NCBI GenBank assembly: GCA_050251055.1
Contig: JBFWNL010000008.1
Location: 32,001-96,000 of the forward strand
DNA from: Bacteriovoracia bacterium
GTDB lineage: Bacteria > Bdellovibrionota > UBA1018 > JBFWNL01
Direction: 5' to 3'
DNA length: 64,000 bases
Shown here piece after piece: positions 1-10,339 of this stretch; positions within the stretch are counted from its first letter, which is position 1, and every line of letters begins with the position of its first letter. The position numbers and the translations under genes are program-made. Below the pieces are notes generated by a model that saw only the letters and a list, made by a program, of their open reading frames with translations, was not told where the DNA came from and did no database searches.

Positions 1-79
1 GACGAATAAACGACTCAACGATTCCGGTTTTGCCGCCGAAGAGTCATTGGGTCAAATCGTAAAAGAGAGTGAGGCTCAC

Positions 80-2587
80 TTGGAACTATTTCAGGCGTTC
101 TACCAAAATTACTTCTTCGAAAGCATCGCGGCGACCGCGGCGATAGCGGCGGCGTTCGGATACTTCGGGGCGCCGATCTGGATGTGGGCCCTGCTCGGGG
201 AAGCGACGCTGTATGGCGCGGGCGCCTCGCAAACTACGCAGGTCGGCTGGTGCGCGGTGGGCGCGTTACTCACGCTACGGCCAATCCGGCGCTACGTACT
301 GAGCCTCCCGGTGCTGAAGGCCATGCAAGGCTTTGGCCTGGTACCCAAGATCTCGGACACGGAAAAAGCCGCGCTCGACGCCGGCGCCGTCTGGGTGGAA
401 GCGGATTGCTTCTCCGGTAAGCCAAACTTCAAAAAAATGATGAACGAGGCGTACCCAAAGCTTACCGCCGAGGAACAAGCCTACATAGACGGCCCCATCG
501 AAGAGCTCTGCAAGATGGTGAACGACTGGAAAATTTATCAAAATAAAGAGATCCCGAAAGAAATCTGGTCTTATATGCGGAAGATCCGCATCTTCGGCAT
601 GATCGTCCCCAAGAAATACGGCGGATTGGAATTCTCGGCGTTGGCTCACAGCGAAGTGATCATGAAGCTCGCCAGCCGTTCGATCCCCGTCACCATCACC
701 GCGATGGTGCCGAACTCACTCGGCCCCGCCGAACTACTCAATCACTTCGGAACCGAAGAACAAAAAAACCACTACCTTCCCAAGCTTGCCACGGGCGAAT
801 TCCTGCCCTGCTTCGCATTGACCGAACAACGCGCCGGCTCGGACGCGGGATCGCTCGAATCCAATGGCGAGCTCTTCAAGAAAAACGGCGAACTCTGGAT
901 TCGTCTGAACTGGAACAAGCGCTGGATCACGCTCGCGGGCGTTTCCAACGTGATTGGCCTTGCCTTTGAACTTCGCGACCCTGAGAAGCTCGTGGGCCAA
1001 GACCTCATCATCGGCATCACCTGTGCGCTCATTCCTTCCACCACGCCCGGCGTGGTACTGGGGCGCCGGCATGATCCGCTGGGTGTGCCTTTTTACAACT
1101 GTCCGACGCAAGGCCAGAACGTGGAGGTTCCCGCCAGTTTCATCATCGGCGGCATGGCGAACGCCGGTAAAGGGTGGACGATGCTCATGGAAAGCTTGGG
1201 CGCGGGCCGGGGCGTATCCCTCCCGTCGCAAGCCGTCGGGGGCTCGAAGGTCGTCGCGCGCGTCACTAGCGCCCATACCTCGATTCGCCGCCAGTTTGGT
1301 ATTCCGCTTTGCAAGCTCGAAGGCTTGGAAGAGCCGCTCGCCCGCATCGGCGCCAACACTTATATGTTGGATGCCATGCGCCGCTACACGGTGGGCGCGC
1401 TCGATAAGGGCATCAAGCCTTCCGTCGTAACCGCGATCGCGAAATTCGCCGGTACCGAAATGGGCCGGCGCGTGGTGAATGACGGGATGGACATCATGGC
1501 CGGAGCGGGTATTTCCCGGGGCCCCCGCAACGTCATCGCCAACATCTATCAGGCGACTCCCATCGGCATTACCGTCGAAGGCGCCAACATCCTTACCCGC
1601 ACGATGATCATCTTCGGCCAAGGGTTGTTCCGTGCGCATCCGTGGGCGTACAAAGAAGTCAGCGCCATCGAAAAGGGCGATCTCAAGGCCTTTGATTACG
1701 CATTCTTCAGCCACATCGGCCACGTCGTGAACAACGTGTTCCGCGCGGTCGTGCTGAGCGTAACCCGCGGTTATTTCGTCATGACCCCGTTCAACGGCAG
1801 CCTGCGCCGTTACGCCCAGAAGTTTCATTGGGCCTCGGCGACGTTCGCCGTGCTCGCGGATATCGCGATGGGGACCTTGGGCGGCGAGCTCAAGAAGAAG
1901 GAAAAACTCACTGGTCGATTCGCCGACGTACTCTCCTGCTTCTACATGAGCGTGGCCGTCATGCGCCGTTTCGAAGCCGAAGGACGCAAGAAGGAAGACC
2001 TGCCGTTCGTGCAGTTCGCCCTCACCCAGTGCCTGAACGAAGTGCAACAAGCCTTGGACGGAATCTTCGCCAATATTCGCGTCCCTGGCGCGAGCTTCGT
2101 TTTCAACAAGCTTATTCGCACCTGGTTCCGCTTCAACGCGATCGCCGCTCCGGTCACCGACAAGCAAGGACATAAGGCCGCCGTCGCGCTCCTAAAAGAA
2201 GGCGGGGCCCGCGACCGTCTCTGCGAGGGCATCTTCTATCCGAAGGATGAAAACGAAGCGCTCGGCCGCCTGGAAAAAGCCTTTCACACCGTCAAGCGGG
2301 CCGAAGAAGTCGAACGCCGCATCTTGCAAGCCGTGGGCAAACGCCTCCTGCCGAAGAAGCGTATTTTCAAGTTGGTGGAGTTAGCCCACGAAAAAGGCAT
2401 CATCAACACCGCCGAGATGGATCTGCTGAACGAGTCGGCCATGGCTCGCTGGAAGGCCTGCCAGGTGGATGACTTCTCGGAAGAAGCCTACCACGGCGTG
2501 GAAGGCTCGGATAACAAGCAATTCCGCGGAGAGTATGTCGGCCCGGCCGGCGCCCCGCAGTACTATAAGCCGAAGAAAACCGCCTAG
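80..2587 (+). CDS. fadE: Acyl-CoA dehydrogenase, long FadE type
   Basis: Motifs MVPNSLGPAELL, CFALTE..AGSDA, RLNWNKRWITLA, RRQFG, ITVEGANILTR and the long FadE C-terminus ending VDDF. TTG start at 80 chosen after GAGG; the ORF is open from 47. Confidence 0.92.
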   Translation: MELFQAFYQNYFFESIAATAAIAAAFGYFGAPIWMWALLGEATLYGAGASQTTQVGWCAVGALLTLRPIRRYVLSLPVLKAMQGFGLVPKISDTEKAALDAGAVWVEADCFSGKPNFKKMMNEAYPKLTAEEQAYIDGPIEELCKMVNDWKIYQNKEIPKEIWSYMRKIRIFGMIVPKKYGGLEFSALAHSEVIMKLASRSIPVTITAMVPNSLGPAELLNHFGTEEQKNHYLPKLATGEFLPCFALTEQRAGSDAGSLESNGELFKKNGELWIRLNWNKRWITLAGVSNVIGLAFELRDPEKLVGQDLIIGITCALIPSTTPGVVLGRRHDPLGVPFYNCPTQGQNVEVPASFIIGGMANAGKGWTMLMESLGAGRGVSLPSQAVGGSKVVARVTSAHTSIRRQFGIPLCKLEGLEEPLARIGANTYMLDAMRRYTVGALDKGIKPSVVTAIAKFAGTEMGRRVVNDGMDIMAGAGISRGPRNVIANIYQATPIGITVEGANILTRTMIIFGQGLFRAHPWAYKEVSAIEKGDLKAFDYAFFSHIGHVVNNVFRAVVLSVTRGYFVMTPFNGSLRRYAQKFHWASATFAVLADIAMGTLGGELKKKEKLTGRFADVLSCFYMSVAVMRRFEAEGRKKEDLPFVQFALTQCLNEVQQALDGIFANIRVPGASFVFNKLIRTWFRFNAIAAPVTDKQGHKAAVALLKEGGARDRLCEGIFYPKDENEALGRLEKAFHTVKRAEEVERRILQAVGKRLLPKKRIFKLVELAHEKGIINTAEMDLLNESAMARWKACQVDDFSEEAYHGVEGSDNKQFRGEYVGPAGAPQYYKPKKTA

Positions 2588-3387
2588 AACTGCCGGCGAT
2601 CCCGCGAAGCGAGCACCTCGCCCGTGTCGGCGCTAATGATCACTTGGCGCCCGTCGACGAACACTTGGTAGGCAATCTGGCCGAGATTGGATTGGGCCCA
2701 GAGGATTTTCTGTGGTTCGCTCACGCGAACCGCGGAGGCCCCCCCGATAGAGTTCAAGGCCGCGCGCCGAGCTTCGGCGGAGGCAAGCCTGGCCTGATTG
2801 GTCACCTGGAATCCGGGGATGTATGTGGAGTACAATCCTTTTAACTCTCCATCCGCGCCTAGATCAACGGTAACGTTTCCGAAGGGCTCGAGCGCCAACC
2901 CTTGGTAGATCTGCTTGAAAAAGACGCTCGCGGAATCGACGCGCACCCGAGCCGTAGGTTGCCCGAGCGGCGACTCGTCGCTCACCCCCATCAAAGACCG
3001 GGCGTCATCCAGAATTTCCCGCGCGCGTCGGATCGCGGCTTGAGGGTCGCGGACGTCATATGCCCTAGATCCTGCCACACCCGTCGCGCGTACGGAAACC
3101 AACCTTCCATCGGAGGTGAAACTCCCCTTCAGCGAGGCACCAAATCGATCACGAAAACGTTTCCATTCGGCTGGACTTGCGGGAGAAGCCTCGAGCGCGC
3201 TCGACACGGCGGACGGCGCGATAGCATCCCGCACGGCGCTTGGCTTCCCGTCGGTCGAACCCGGTAATGGGGACGACATCTGCGCGAAACTGCGAGGGGT
3301 CTCCTGATCCGACTGGGCGATAAAAAAACTAATAGCGAACACCGTCCCGATCCCTGCCAGACCCGCCACCACCCACTTTGTCTTCAA
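2584..3387 (-). CDS. Stand-alone FTP + PepSY (M4/M36-type propeptide) protein with N-terminal membrane anchor
   Basis: N-terminal hydrophobic helix. VFFKQIYQGLALEPFGNVTVDLGADGEL resembles the FTP domain; LASAEARRAAL...IAYQVFVDGRQVIISADTGEVL resembles PepSY. No HEXXH motif. Confidence 0.7.
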   Translation of the reverse strand: MKTKWVVAGLAGIGTVFAISFFIAQSDQETPRSFAQMSSPLPGSTDGKPSAVRDAIAPSAVSSALEASPASPAEWKRFRDRFGASLKGSFTSDGRLVSVRATGVAGSRAYDVRDPQAAIRRAREILDDARSLMGVSDESPLGQPTARVRVDSASVFFKQIYQGLALEPFGNVTVDLGADGELKGLYSTYIPGFQVTNQARLASAEARRAALNSIGGASAVRVSEPQKILWAQSNLGQIAYQVFVDGRQVIISADTGEVLASRDRRQF

Positions 3388-5256
3388 TCAGTTCACCTTC
3401 GTGGTAAAGACCAACGTTTGCTCGGGCCCGTTCGTGGGCACGATCTTCACTTCAAAATCCACATCTTCGTTGGCGGTCACGGCGTCGTTCACCGAAACCC
3501 ACACCGCCGTACGCGGAGAATCAGAATAGTAAGGGTTGGTCTTGAAATAAGAGTTTCCCACCCCAACGTGGGCATTGGCGTTTGCCGAACTCAATGCGCT
3601 GACGATTCCAGTACCGTTGGCTTTCAAGTATTGAATCTGAGCCTGGCTCGATGATTGCGCGCCTACGTTGAATCGTCCATCCAACACGGTCACTTTCGGG
3701 TTCAACGACTTCACCGTGATCTGCAATCCCCCCGCGGTGATGGCGCTCGTATTTTTAATATCGAACCAGATGGCGGCATACTCGCTCTTACTGAGCCTTC
3801 CGTTATTCGAAGCGGAGACGCCTTGCGGAATGACGCCGGAGGACTGGCCCAACATACGGGCCCAGATCCGTAGCCGCGTGGGCCCGTCTTCAATCTTCAT
3901 CCCTGCGGTAACCCCATTCCCATCGCCGACCGCCGCCCAGCCATTCGGCAAGGGCGTTCCTCCGATCAATCCGCGGGCCATCAGGGCTTCCGATACCGCC
4001 GTCTGCGCGGGCGCGGTAAAGCCCATAGCCGAGGCGCGATTCACCAGCGCTTGGGCCAAACCCCGCATCGTCACGGGTGAGAGATTCACCGCACTGGGTT
4101 TCGGCAGGTCGGGGATCGTGCTCATGACCAACTCTAAGCTCAGCTTACGCGCGGCTTCCTCGCCGACTTGGGCGCGCAACCGATCAAAGACATCCCACAA
4201 TGCGCCTTGCATGACGGTGGCCACATTGTGTATTTCTTCCTGGCCCGTGTTGGAAAGATGCGCTTCCTTTAGATAGTGCGGGCCTCGATAGTTATTCGGA
4301 TATGGCCAACCCAAGCCATCCGGGTAATTGAAGCTGACGTGATTTTGGTCGGCGGAAAATCCCGCCGCTCCCAAATCGTAGCTCGCGCAATTGGGATAGG
4401 ACGGATCATACGCCGGGCAAAGGTTCGCTCCGCGCACGCCAGAATACCCGGGCACGAAAGTTCCGAGCGCCCATCGGCTGAAAACCCGTTCATCCAGCCC
4501 AGGTGCCACGAGTGGCGCGAGATACGTCATCGCGCCGAAGTCGGAGATCGCCTCATTGATGGCGCCCGCCTCGTCGTAAAAGAAGTTATTGAAGTAAAAT
4601 GTCGGCGAGTAGGCGTGCGCCGTGGTGGCGTGCTGCAATTCGTGGATCACCACGTTGGCGTCGTCCGCATAGGAAGCGCCGATCGTCTGCACGGAATCCC
4701 CCAGGCAAACGTAGTCCAGACTGGTGCCCGAGGCTGTGGTTTCGCGAGAGTAAAAAGCGTTGTCGTCATCCATGCAATGCGCGATGATGCGGACCGGGTC
4801 CACGGGCGCCAGCAATCCCAGCGTGTCCAGCAACGCCCGATACCCGTCGCCATAGTAATAAGTCATGGCTTGCTGAAACCCGCCATTCACGTGGGAAAAA
4901 CGGAAATCATTCCTATCGCTATAAACCCCAAAACCTTCGTCGCATCCGTCGTTCGTCCGAATATCGACGTAAGCCCCTTCGAGCACGCCGTGGCCGCCGA
5001 GGTTTTGCAAGCTCGCGGGTTTACGATATTCGTCCAGACTGTAGGCGGCCGGAGAGATGCTGGTGTCGCCGGTTTGCGTGATGGGATCGGGCGCGAACAC
5101 CATCGCTTGCCCTTCGGAGCCGCTGATCGCCTCCGCGGAGGGCTGCACGCAGCGGTTCGTGAGACTGTCGGATTTCTTCGCGCAGCCACTCGCGATCAAC
5201 ACGACCGCGCAAGCAAAGAAAACGGATCGGGATATCTTTCGAACGGGAGCCCCCAT
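3388..5256 (-). CDS. Thermolysin-like (M4/M36) zinc metalloprotease lipoprotein
   Basis: Lipobox LIASG|C; DNAFY; VVIHELQHAT (HEXXH); GAINEAISDF (thermolysin third-ligand motif); EEIHN; beta-rich C-terminal domain. Confidence 0.85.
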   Translation of the reverse strand: MGAPVRKISRSVFFACAVVLIASGCAKKSDSLTNRCVQPSAEAISGSEGQAMVFAPDPITQTGDTSISPAAYSLDEYRKPASLQNLGGHGVLEGAYVDIRTNDGCDEGFGVYSDRNDFRFSHVNGGFQQAMTYYYGDGYRALLDTLGLLAPVDPVRIIAHCMDDDNAFYSRETTASGTSLDYVCLGDSVQTIGASYADDANVVIHELQHATTAHAYSPTFYFNNFFYDEAGAINEAISDFGAMTYLAPLVAPGLDERVFSRWALGTFVPGYSGVRGANLCPAYDPSYPNCASYDLGAAGFSADQNHVSFNYPDGLGWPYPNNYRGPHYLKEAHLSNTGQEEIHNVATVMQGALWDVFDRLRAQVGEEAARKLSLELVMSTIPDLPKPSAVNLSPVTMRGLAQALVNRASAMGFTAPAQTAVSEALMARGLIGGTPLPNGWAAVGDGNGVTAGMKIEDGPTRLRIWARMLGQSSGVIPQGVSASNNGRLSKSEYAAIWFDIKNTSAITAGGLQITVKSLNPKVTVLDGRFNVGAQSSSQAQIQYLKANGTGIVSALSSANANAHVGVGNSYFKTNPYYSDSPRTAVWVSVNDAVTANEDVDFEVKIVPTNGPEQTLVFTTKVN

Positions 5257-5344
5257 GCTCCCAAAATTCTAACTCGAAGCGCGGCCCCTGAAACTCGGCA
5301 AGTATTGCCGACCGCCGACGCATGCGTCGACAATTTGACGAATC

Positions 5345-6571
5345 CTAGTGTACGACGTCGAGACGCTCGCAATACTTTCGGAGCGCGGCGATTACCTTCT
5401 CCGAGTGCTCCCGCCCACGTGTCTCGAGCGTCAAAGCCACCTCGGTTTCGTCGATTTTGGTATAGGGCTCGTTGCGGTCATGGATCGCCTGCAAGATGCT
5501 CGCCCCCTGCTCGGCGATGATCTGGGTCACGCGGTTCAACGATCCGGGACGATCCGAGATGCCGATATTAAGTCGCACGCGCCTTCCCGTGCGGGTCAGG
5601 CCCCGGTCGATAATACGAGAAAGCAGGTTCACGTCGATATTGCCGCCACTCACCACGAGCACGACTTTTTTCCCGCGAATCTTCTTCTCGAGCTTACGAG
5701 CGACCGCGAGGGGTACCGCGCCGGAACCTTCCACGACGATCTTGGCCTTTTCAATCAGCATGAGCACGGCTTCGGCGATCTCTTCGTCGTCGGCGGTGAA
5801 GACCTGATCGATCACGTCCTCGAGCACGCCGCGCATCACGGGACTCGCACCCTTCACGGCGATCCCGTCGGCGAAGGTGGAGATCTGATCATACTTCACG
5901 GGTCGATGGGTCTTGAGCGACTGAACCAGGGCGGGCGCGCCGCTGGACTGGCAGCCGATGATTTTCACCCGCGGAGAAAGCGCTTTTAGCGCCGTCGCCA
6001 CCCCCGCCATCATGCCTCCGCCACCCATCGAGCCGATCACGACGTCGACGTCGGGCAATTGATCGAGGATTTCGAGCCCCACCGTGCCCTGCCCAGCGAT
6101 GATCGCGGTGTCTTCGTAGGCATGCACGAAGATCCTTCCCGATTTGCGCTGAATTTCCTTGGCCGCGGCGAACGCTTCTTCAAAACTATTGCCCTCGAGC
6201 CGAATCTCGGCGCCTAGCGCCTGCGTGTTCTGCACCTTCATGATCGAGGCCGTCTTCGGCATGACGATCAGGGCATTGACGCCGAAGTGCCGGGCCGCCC
6301 ACGCCACGCCTTGGGCGTGATTACCGGCGCTGGAAGCGACCACGCCGGCCTTGCGCTCGGCCTTGCTCATCATCGAGAGTCGATTCAAAGCGCCGCGAAT
6401 CTTGAACGAACCGATAGGCTGCGCGGTCTCGAGCTTCAAATAGATCTCGGCGCGGAAAAGCTCGGAGAGCCAGGGGTTATAAATCAACGGGGTCGGCTTC
6501 AGGATGTCCCGCAACAGCGAACGCGCGGACTGAATATCCCCTAGGCTAACCCGAAATGACTTTGCGGACAT
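5345..6571 (-). CDS. ilvA: Threonine ammonia-lyase with C-terminal ACT domain
   Basis: PLP lysine motif GSFKIRGA, SAGNHAQG, GGGGM, SGGNID and ACT domain (DRPGSL). ATG at 6571 overlaps the upstream stop (TAATG). Confidence 0.92.
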   Translation of the reverse strand: MSAKSFRVSLGDIQSARSLLRDILKPTPLIYNPWLSELFRAEIYLKLETAQPIGSFKIRGALNRLSMMSKAERKAGVVASSAGNHAQGVAWAARHFGVNALIVMPKTASIMKVQNTQALGAEIRLEGNSFEEAFAAAKEIQRKSGRIFVHAYEDTAIIAGQGTVGLEILDQLPDVDVVIGSMGGGGMMAGVATALKALSPRVKIIGCQSSGAPALVQSLKTHRPVKYDQISTFADGIAVKGASPVMRGVLEDVIDQVFTADDEEIAEAVLMLIEKAKIVVEGSGAVPLAVARKLEKKIRGKKVVLVVSGGNIDVNLLSRIIDRGLTRTGRRVRLNIGISDRPGSLNRVTQIIAEQGASILQAIHDRNEPYTKIDETEVALTLETRGREHSEKVIAALRKYCERLDVVH

Positions 6572-8016
6572 TATATGGCTCCTTCGGAAACGGGAATACT
6601 CCGGACCTCGGGATCCGCCCATTCAAACAATTCGGAAACACGTCCTTCTCCCTTGGGTCCCGGCTTGATCCAGGCAAAACACTTACGTCCCATGGGTTGG
6701 GTGCATTCCACATCCTTGTAGGCGGGCGACCAGGTACCGGTGTTGATAAGCTCGATATTCTTGATCAATACGTGCATTTCGTAATGCGTGTGGCCGTGGA
6801 TCACTCGCTGCACCTGGGCAATACGGGAGCTGATCGGCACCCTCCCCATCATCACCTTCTGCACCTTCGTCACGCCGGACTCGATCGATCGCGCGTAAAA
6901 GATAAAAATCGGAAAAAGCAGCAGAAACGGCACCAAGAACCACCAAAAAGAAACCCGGGCGAACAAGTTAATGAATGAAAAAAACTGGAAACTCGCCAGG
7001 AAGATAATAGCCAGAAAAAACGCGCGATCGAGCCAGAGCTCGCGCAAGATACGCAGCGGGTTGAAGATGGCGGGGTGCACGTGCAGCGCGTTCAACGTGC
7101 GCACGATTTTGGGTTCCGTATTCGCGCGCTCGGCGATTTCTTCCACGCGGGCTTCGACCGTCAGGGGATCGCGCAACGCCGGCAGCAGGCCTTCGCGCAC
7201 CGAGATCACGAGCGTCGCGCACGCGCTCCAAAACCAATCCCAAGGCAGGAGCGGCTGGGTGCGCATGACGTAAGTGTAAAAAAACACCGCGTACTCCCAG
7301 AGCGATGACTTGATGTAACTTGAATCCACGTGCGGATTCATTAGGCCCATGCCGTTGAGCATGAGCTTGCCCGCCAGATTCCCGAACGGCAGACGCACCA
7401 CCACGGTGCGACCGATGCGAATGAGGGGATGGATGGGATTCGAGCACAAGCAATACGAATCGTATTGATTGCCGTGCTCGATCAGCGTGTCGCCGTTGCT
7501 AATGTAAAACCACTCGCAGAAACGCACGTTTTTCCGCAGCGGCTTAGGCAACTTCAGCATATCCAACACCTTCTGCTGGGCCGCCGGCCAATGCAATTCC
7601 ATGTCGTGATTGCCGATCACGAAGACGACGCGGTTCCCACGCTGGATGAACTCGCTGATGGCCTCCGTCCAGATGTAATGGTCGGTAAGGATCACACCAA
7701 TCTTGTAGACCGACTTCGCTTCCTGCGATTTCAACCCGCGCCGGCGCTCGAGCCAGTTCACCCGGAACGGGGGATGGTCGGGAATCGACATCACGGAATC
7801 AAAGTCAAAAATATCGCCGTTGAGCACGAGCTCGATCTGGCCCTCGATGCTGCCGCTCAAATGCTCGAGCAGGCGCTTGAACGTGCGGTCCGTGAAAAAC
7901 TTCGGGCGCTTGTAGCGTTTCCAAAGCGAATTTCCGGGATGCGGAGGTTCCGCGTCCGCCAGATGCATGTCGCTCAGGACGATGGTGTGCGCGGCTTGTT
8001 TAAATTCGTTCTTCAT
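6571..8016 (-). CDS. Calcineurin-like metallophosphoesterase with two internal TM helices
   Basis: SDMHL, NGDIFD, GNHD, EHG and GHTH motifs; a hydrophobic segment lies before the last motif. Confidence 0.8.
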   Translation of the reverse strand: MKNEFKQAAHTIVLSDMHLADAEPPHPGNSLWKRYKRPKFFTDRTFKRLLEHLSGSIEGQIELVLNGDIFDFDSVMSIPDHPPFRVNWLERRRGLKSQEAKSVYKIGVILTDHYIWTEAISEFIQRGNRVVFVIGNHDMELHWPAAQQKVLDMLKLPKPLRKNVRFCEWFYISNGDTLIEHGNQYDSYCLCSNPIHPLIRIGRTVVVRLPFGNLAGKLMLNGMGLMNPHVDSSYIKSSLWEYAVFFYTYVMRTQPLLPWDWFWSACATLVISVREGLLPALRDPLTVEARVEEIAERANTEPKIVRTLNALHVHPAIFNPLRILRELWLDRAFFLAIIFLASFQFFSFINLFARVSFWWFLVPFLLLFPIFIFYARSIESGVTKVQKVMMGRVPISSRIAQVQRVIHGHTHYEMHVLIKNIELINTGTWSPAYKDVECTQPMGRKCFAWIKPGPKGEGRVSELFEWADPEVRSIPVSEGAI

Positions 8017-8066
8017 GAATGAGTGGTCGGTGCGCGCGCTCGAAGTTAGGAAGTCGGCCTAAACGC

Positions 8067-8441
8067 CTACTTCTTCCCGAACGAAAGCACGTAATAGACT
8101 AACCCCCAACGATCCTCTTCCGCAATCGTAGGAAATCCGACCATCGCGGTGTTCTGGCCCTTAACCTTCAACCCTTCGGTGATGGTCTTGAAAATCTGCT
8201 CGGGCTTGGAACCCGCCTTGAAACCCTTGCGGTCGGCGTAATTTCTGGGCGGCGGATTCAAATATTGTCCCGCGGGCCCCTTGCCGTCGCCCTTGTCGCC
8301 ATGACAAGTCACGCAGTAAGTCGCGTAGGCGGCCTTTCCTTTTGCCACGAGTTCGGGAGTTTCCTTGGGCACACTGGGGGATGCTTTTGGCGCAGCTTCC
8401 GCGGACAGGGCCAACGCGAAAATCCAGGCGGTAAAAATCAT
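8067..8441 (-). CDS. Periplasmic monoheme cytochrome c
   Basis: Signal peptide, CVTCH heme-binding motif, distal Met (TAM). Confidence 0.88.
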   Translation of the reverse strand: MIFTAWIFALALSAEAAPKASPSVPKETPELVAKGKAAYATYCVTCHGDKGDGKGPAGQYLNPPPRNYADRKGFKAGSKPEQIFKTITEGLKVKGQNTAMVGFPTIAEEDRWGLVYYVLSFGKK

Positions 8442-8460
8442 AACGGCTCCTTGAAAAGAA

Positions 8461-8537
8461 TGGCGACCCCGGCAGGACTCGAACCTGCGGCCTAGTGCTT
8501 AGAAGGCACTTGCTCTATCCAGCTGAGCTACGGGGTC
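8461..8537 (-). tRNA. tRNA-Arg(TCT)
   Basis: Reverse complement GACCCCGTAGCTCAGCTGGATAGAGC...AGTGC-CTTCTAA-GCACT...GGTTCGAGTCC...GGGGTCGCCA folds as a cloverleaf with encoded CCA. Confidence 0.96.
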
Positions 8538-8611
8538 AGATTTAAATCAATTTACACCATGTTTCCATGATCTTAGGCAAGCCCCAATGGGCGTGTTACA
8601 CTGGAGAAGGC

Positions 8612-8839
8612 ATGGCCATGTACGAATACTACTGCGACGGCTGCAAACTGAAGTTCGAGCAGATCACCAGCTCGACCGATCCCGATCAGGGTAAGTGTCC
8701 GAAATGCCAAAAGAAAAACACCAAGAAATTAATCTCTAAATTCGCGGTCGCCGGACAAGGAGACCTGCGCGAGAGCATCATCCACGGATGCCACGACGTG
8801 GACGTTCCCCATTCGCACTCCGATCACGAATCCGACTAA
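8612..8839 (+). CDS. FmdB-family zinc-ribbon protein
   Basis: MAMYEYYCDGC...CPKC...KKLISKF pattern with a His-rich tail; GGAG upstream. Confidence 0.8.
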   Translation: MAMYEYYCDGCKLKFEQITSSTDPDQGKCPKCQKKNTKKLISKFAVAGQGDLRESIIHGCHDVDVPHSHSDHESD

Positions 8840-8869
8840 GCGCAAATCACGCTCTGAAGCTAAGGGGTG

Positions 8870-10111
8870 CTAAGGATTCGACGCTTGCACCTTCCCGGTG
8901 CCCGTTGAGTTTTCGATCTTACCTTGGAAATTCACGCCCACCAGCGGACCCGCCTCCTTCAACTTCTGGGCGGTAACACTTCCAGAAGCCGTCGAGTTGC
9001 GAATCACTCCCGGAGCCGCCAGGTGCCCCACGAGCCCCCCCACTCGGCTACCGCCCACCACATTCCCATCCGCGGACGAATTTTCCACCACGGCCGGGTT
9101 CTGCGAAGGAGCCTCGGGATCCATCGTATCCGTTCCACAATAGCCCACCAAACCGCCCACCTGGGAAGTGCCCGTGACCTGCGCGGAGGCGCGGCCCTGG
9201 ACGATCAGGCTAGTTCGCTCCCGCCCGCCCGAAGAAATCAGCGCTCCCACCAGCCCACCGACTCGGCGATTCCCTCGCACGGTACCTTCGGCTTTCGACG
9301 AGTAAATCGCTCCCCCTTCGAGATGCCCGACCAGGCCGCCCGCCTCGGTTAGGCGATTCGCTCTTTCGGGCACGTGCACCTTCGCTTGCGAAGACGAGTC
9401 GGAAATCACTCCTCCGAGGTTGCGGCCCACCAAACCTCCCACGGCGACATTGCCGATGATGCGGCTATTTTTCCCATTCACCGCGCAGCGGGTGATCTTG
9501 CCTAGATTAAACGCCGCGATTCCGCCGACAGGACGGCGATTATCGGCGGCGACGAAAAGATCGGTGAAAATCACATCTTTAATTTCGGCGTACTCCTCGA
9601 GCCGGATGATAAAGCCTGCGCCGTCGGTTTCGGGGTTCACCACGCGGATTTTCGAGATGGCAAAGCCCGCGCCGTCGAACGTACCCAGGAAGGAATCAAT
9701 GGGCTTGAAATCCCCTTTCAGTTCGAGGCTCGTCGCCAGGCGAAAGGAAAGCTCGGAGTGGCGAGCGACGTTCGCCAGCTGGGCCTGGCTGCAGATGAGA
9801 TAGGGATCCTGGGGAGTGCCATTACCGCCGCCAAAGGGCGCCTGGGTGGAATCACAAACGGGGCCGGGCTCGCCCGGCTCGGCGGGCGGAGAGTCTGAAT
9901 CCTCCGGTGGAAGCGGCGGCAACGGGGAAGGCGCTTCCGGTTCCTGGGATCCCGTGGGAGTCGCCGCGGAATCCTGCTTGGATGATCCGCGACCCGCCGG
10001 TGGAAGCGGCTCACGCTTGGAATACCCACAAGCCCCGATCGAAACAAAGGCCAAATTCGCAAGGATACCCAAGAGCACCCAAGCCCGCGCGTTCTGTAAT
10101 TGCTTTTTCAT
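8870..10111 (-). CDS. Secreted/lipoprotein with GLUG-motif repeats
   Basis: Signal or lipobox (IGA|C), Pro-rich linker, GGNGTPQDPYLI and many VGGLVG repeats. Confidence 0.8.
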   Translation of the reverse strand: MKKQLQNARAWVLLGILANLAFVSIGACGYSKREPLPPAGRGSSKQDSAATPTGSQEPEAPSPLPPLPPEDSDSPPAEPGEPGPVCDSTQAPFGGGNGTPQDPYLICSQAQLANVARHSELSFRLATSLELKGDFKPIDSFLGTFDGAGFAISKIRVVNPETDGAGFIIRLEEYAEIKDVIFTDLFVAADNRRPVGGIAAFNLGKITRCAVNGKNSRIIGNVAVGGLVGRNLGGVISDSSSQAKVHVPERANRLTEAGGLVGHLEGGAIYSSKAEGTVRGNRRVGGLVGALISSGGRERTSLIVQGRASAQVTGTSQVGGLVGYCGTDTMDPEAPSQNPAVVENSSADGNVVGGSRVGGLVGHLAAPGVIRNSTASGSVTAQKLKEAGPLVGVNFQGKIENSTGTGKVQASNP

Positions 10112-10255
10112 GCTTCCTATCCGCCCTCGATAAGTCTGGCGCACCGTATAATACAGATAAATAGGTGTCAACGCTCACGCAGGCGCTGGAATCTCGGGGG
10201 AAAATCGTATACGGAAACGAAAGCCTTGAAGTAAGATTCCGGTAAGTTTCCCGTC

Positions 10256-10339
10256 GCTCGCGTGGTGGAATGGCAGACACGCTGGTCTTAGGAACCAGTG
10301 CCGCAAGGCGTGGGGGTTCGAGTCCCTCCGCGAGCACCA
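10256..10339 (+). tRNA. tRNA-Leu(TAG)
   Basis: GCTCGCG acceptor stem, CTGGT-CTTAGGA-ACCAG anticodon arm, long variable arm, GGTTCGAGTCC and CCA end. Confidence 0.96.

Noticed and set aside
8442-8460. Checked tRNA-Arg(TCT) for the same fold-back or an att repeat
   Set aside because: Only 19 bp separate its 3' end from the cytochrome c start, with no hairpin or core sequence.
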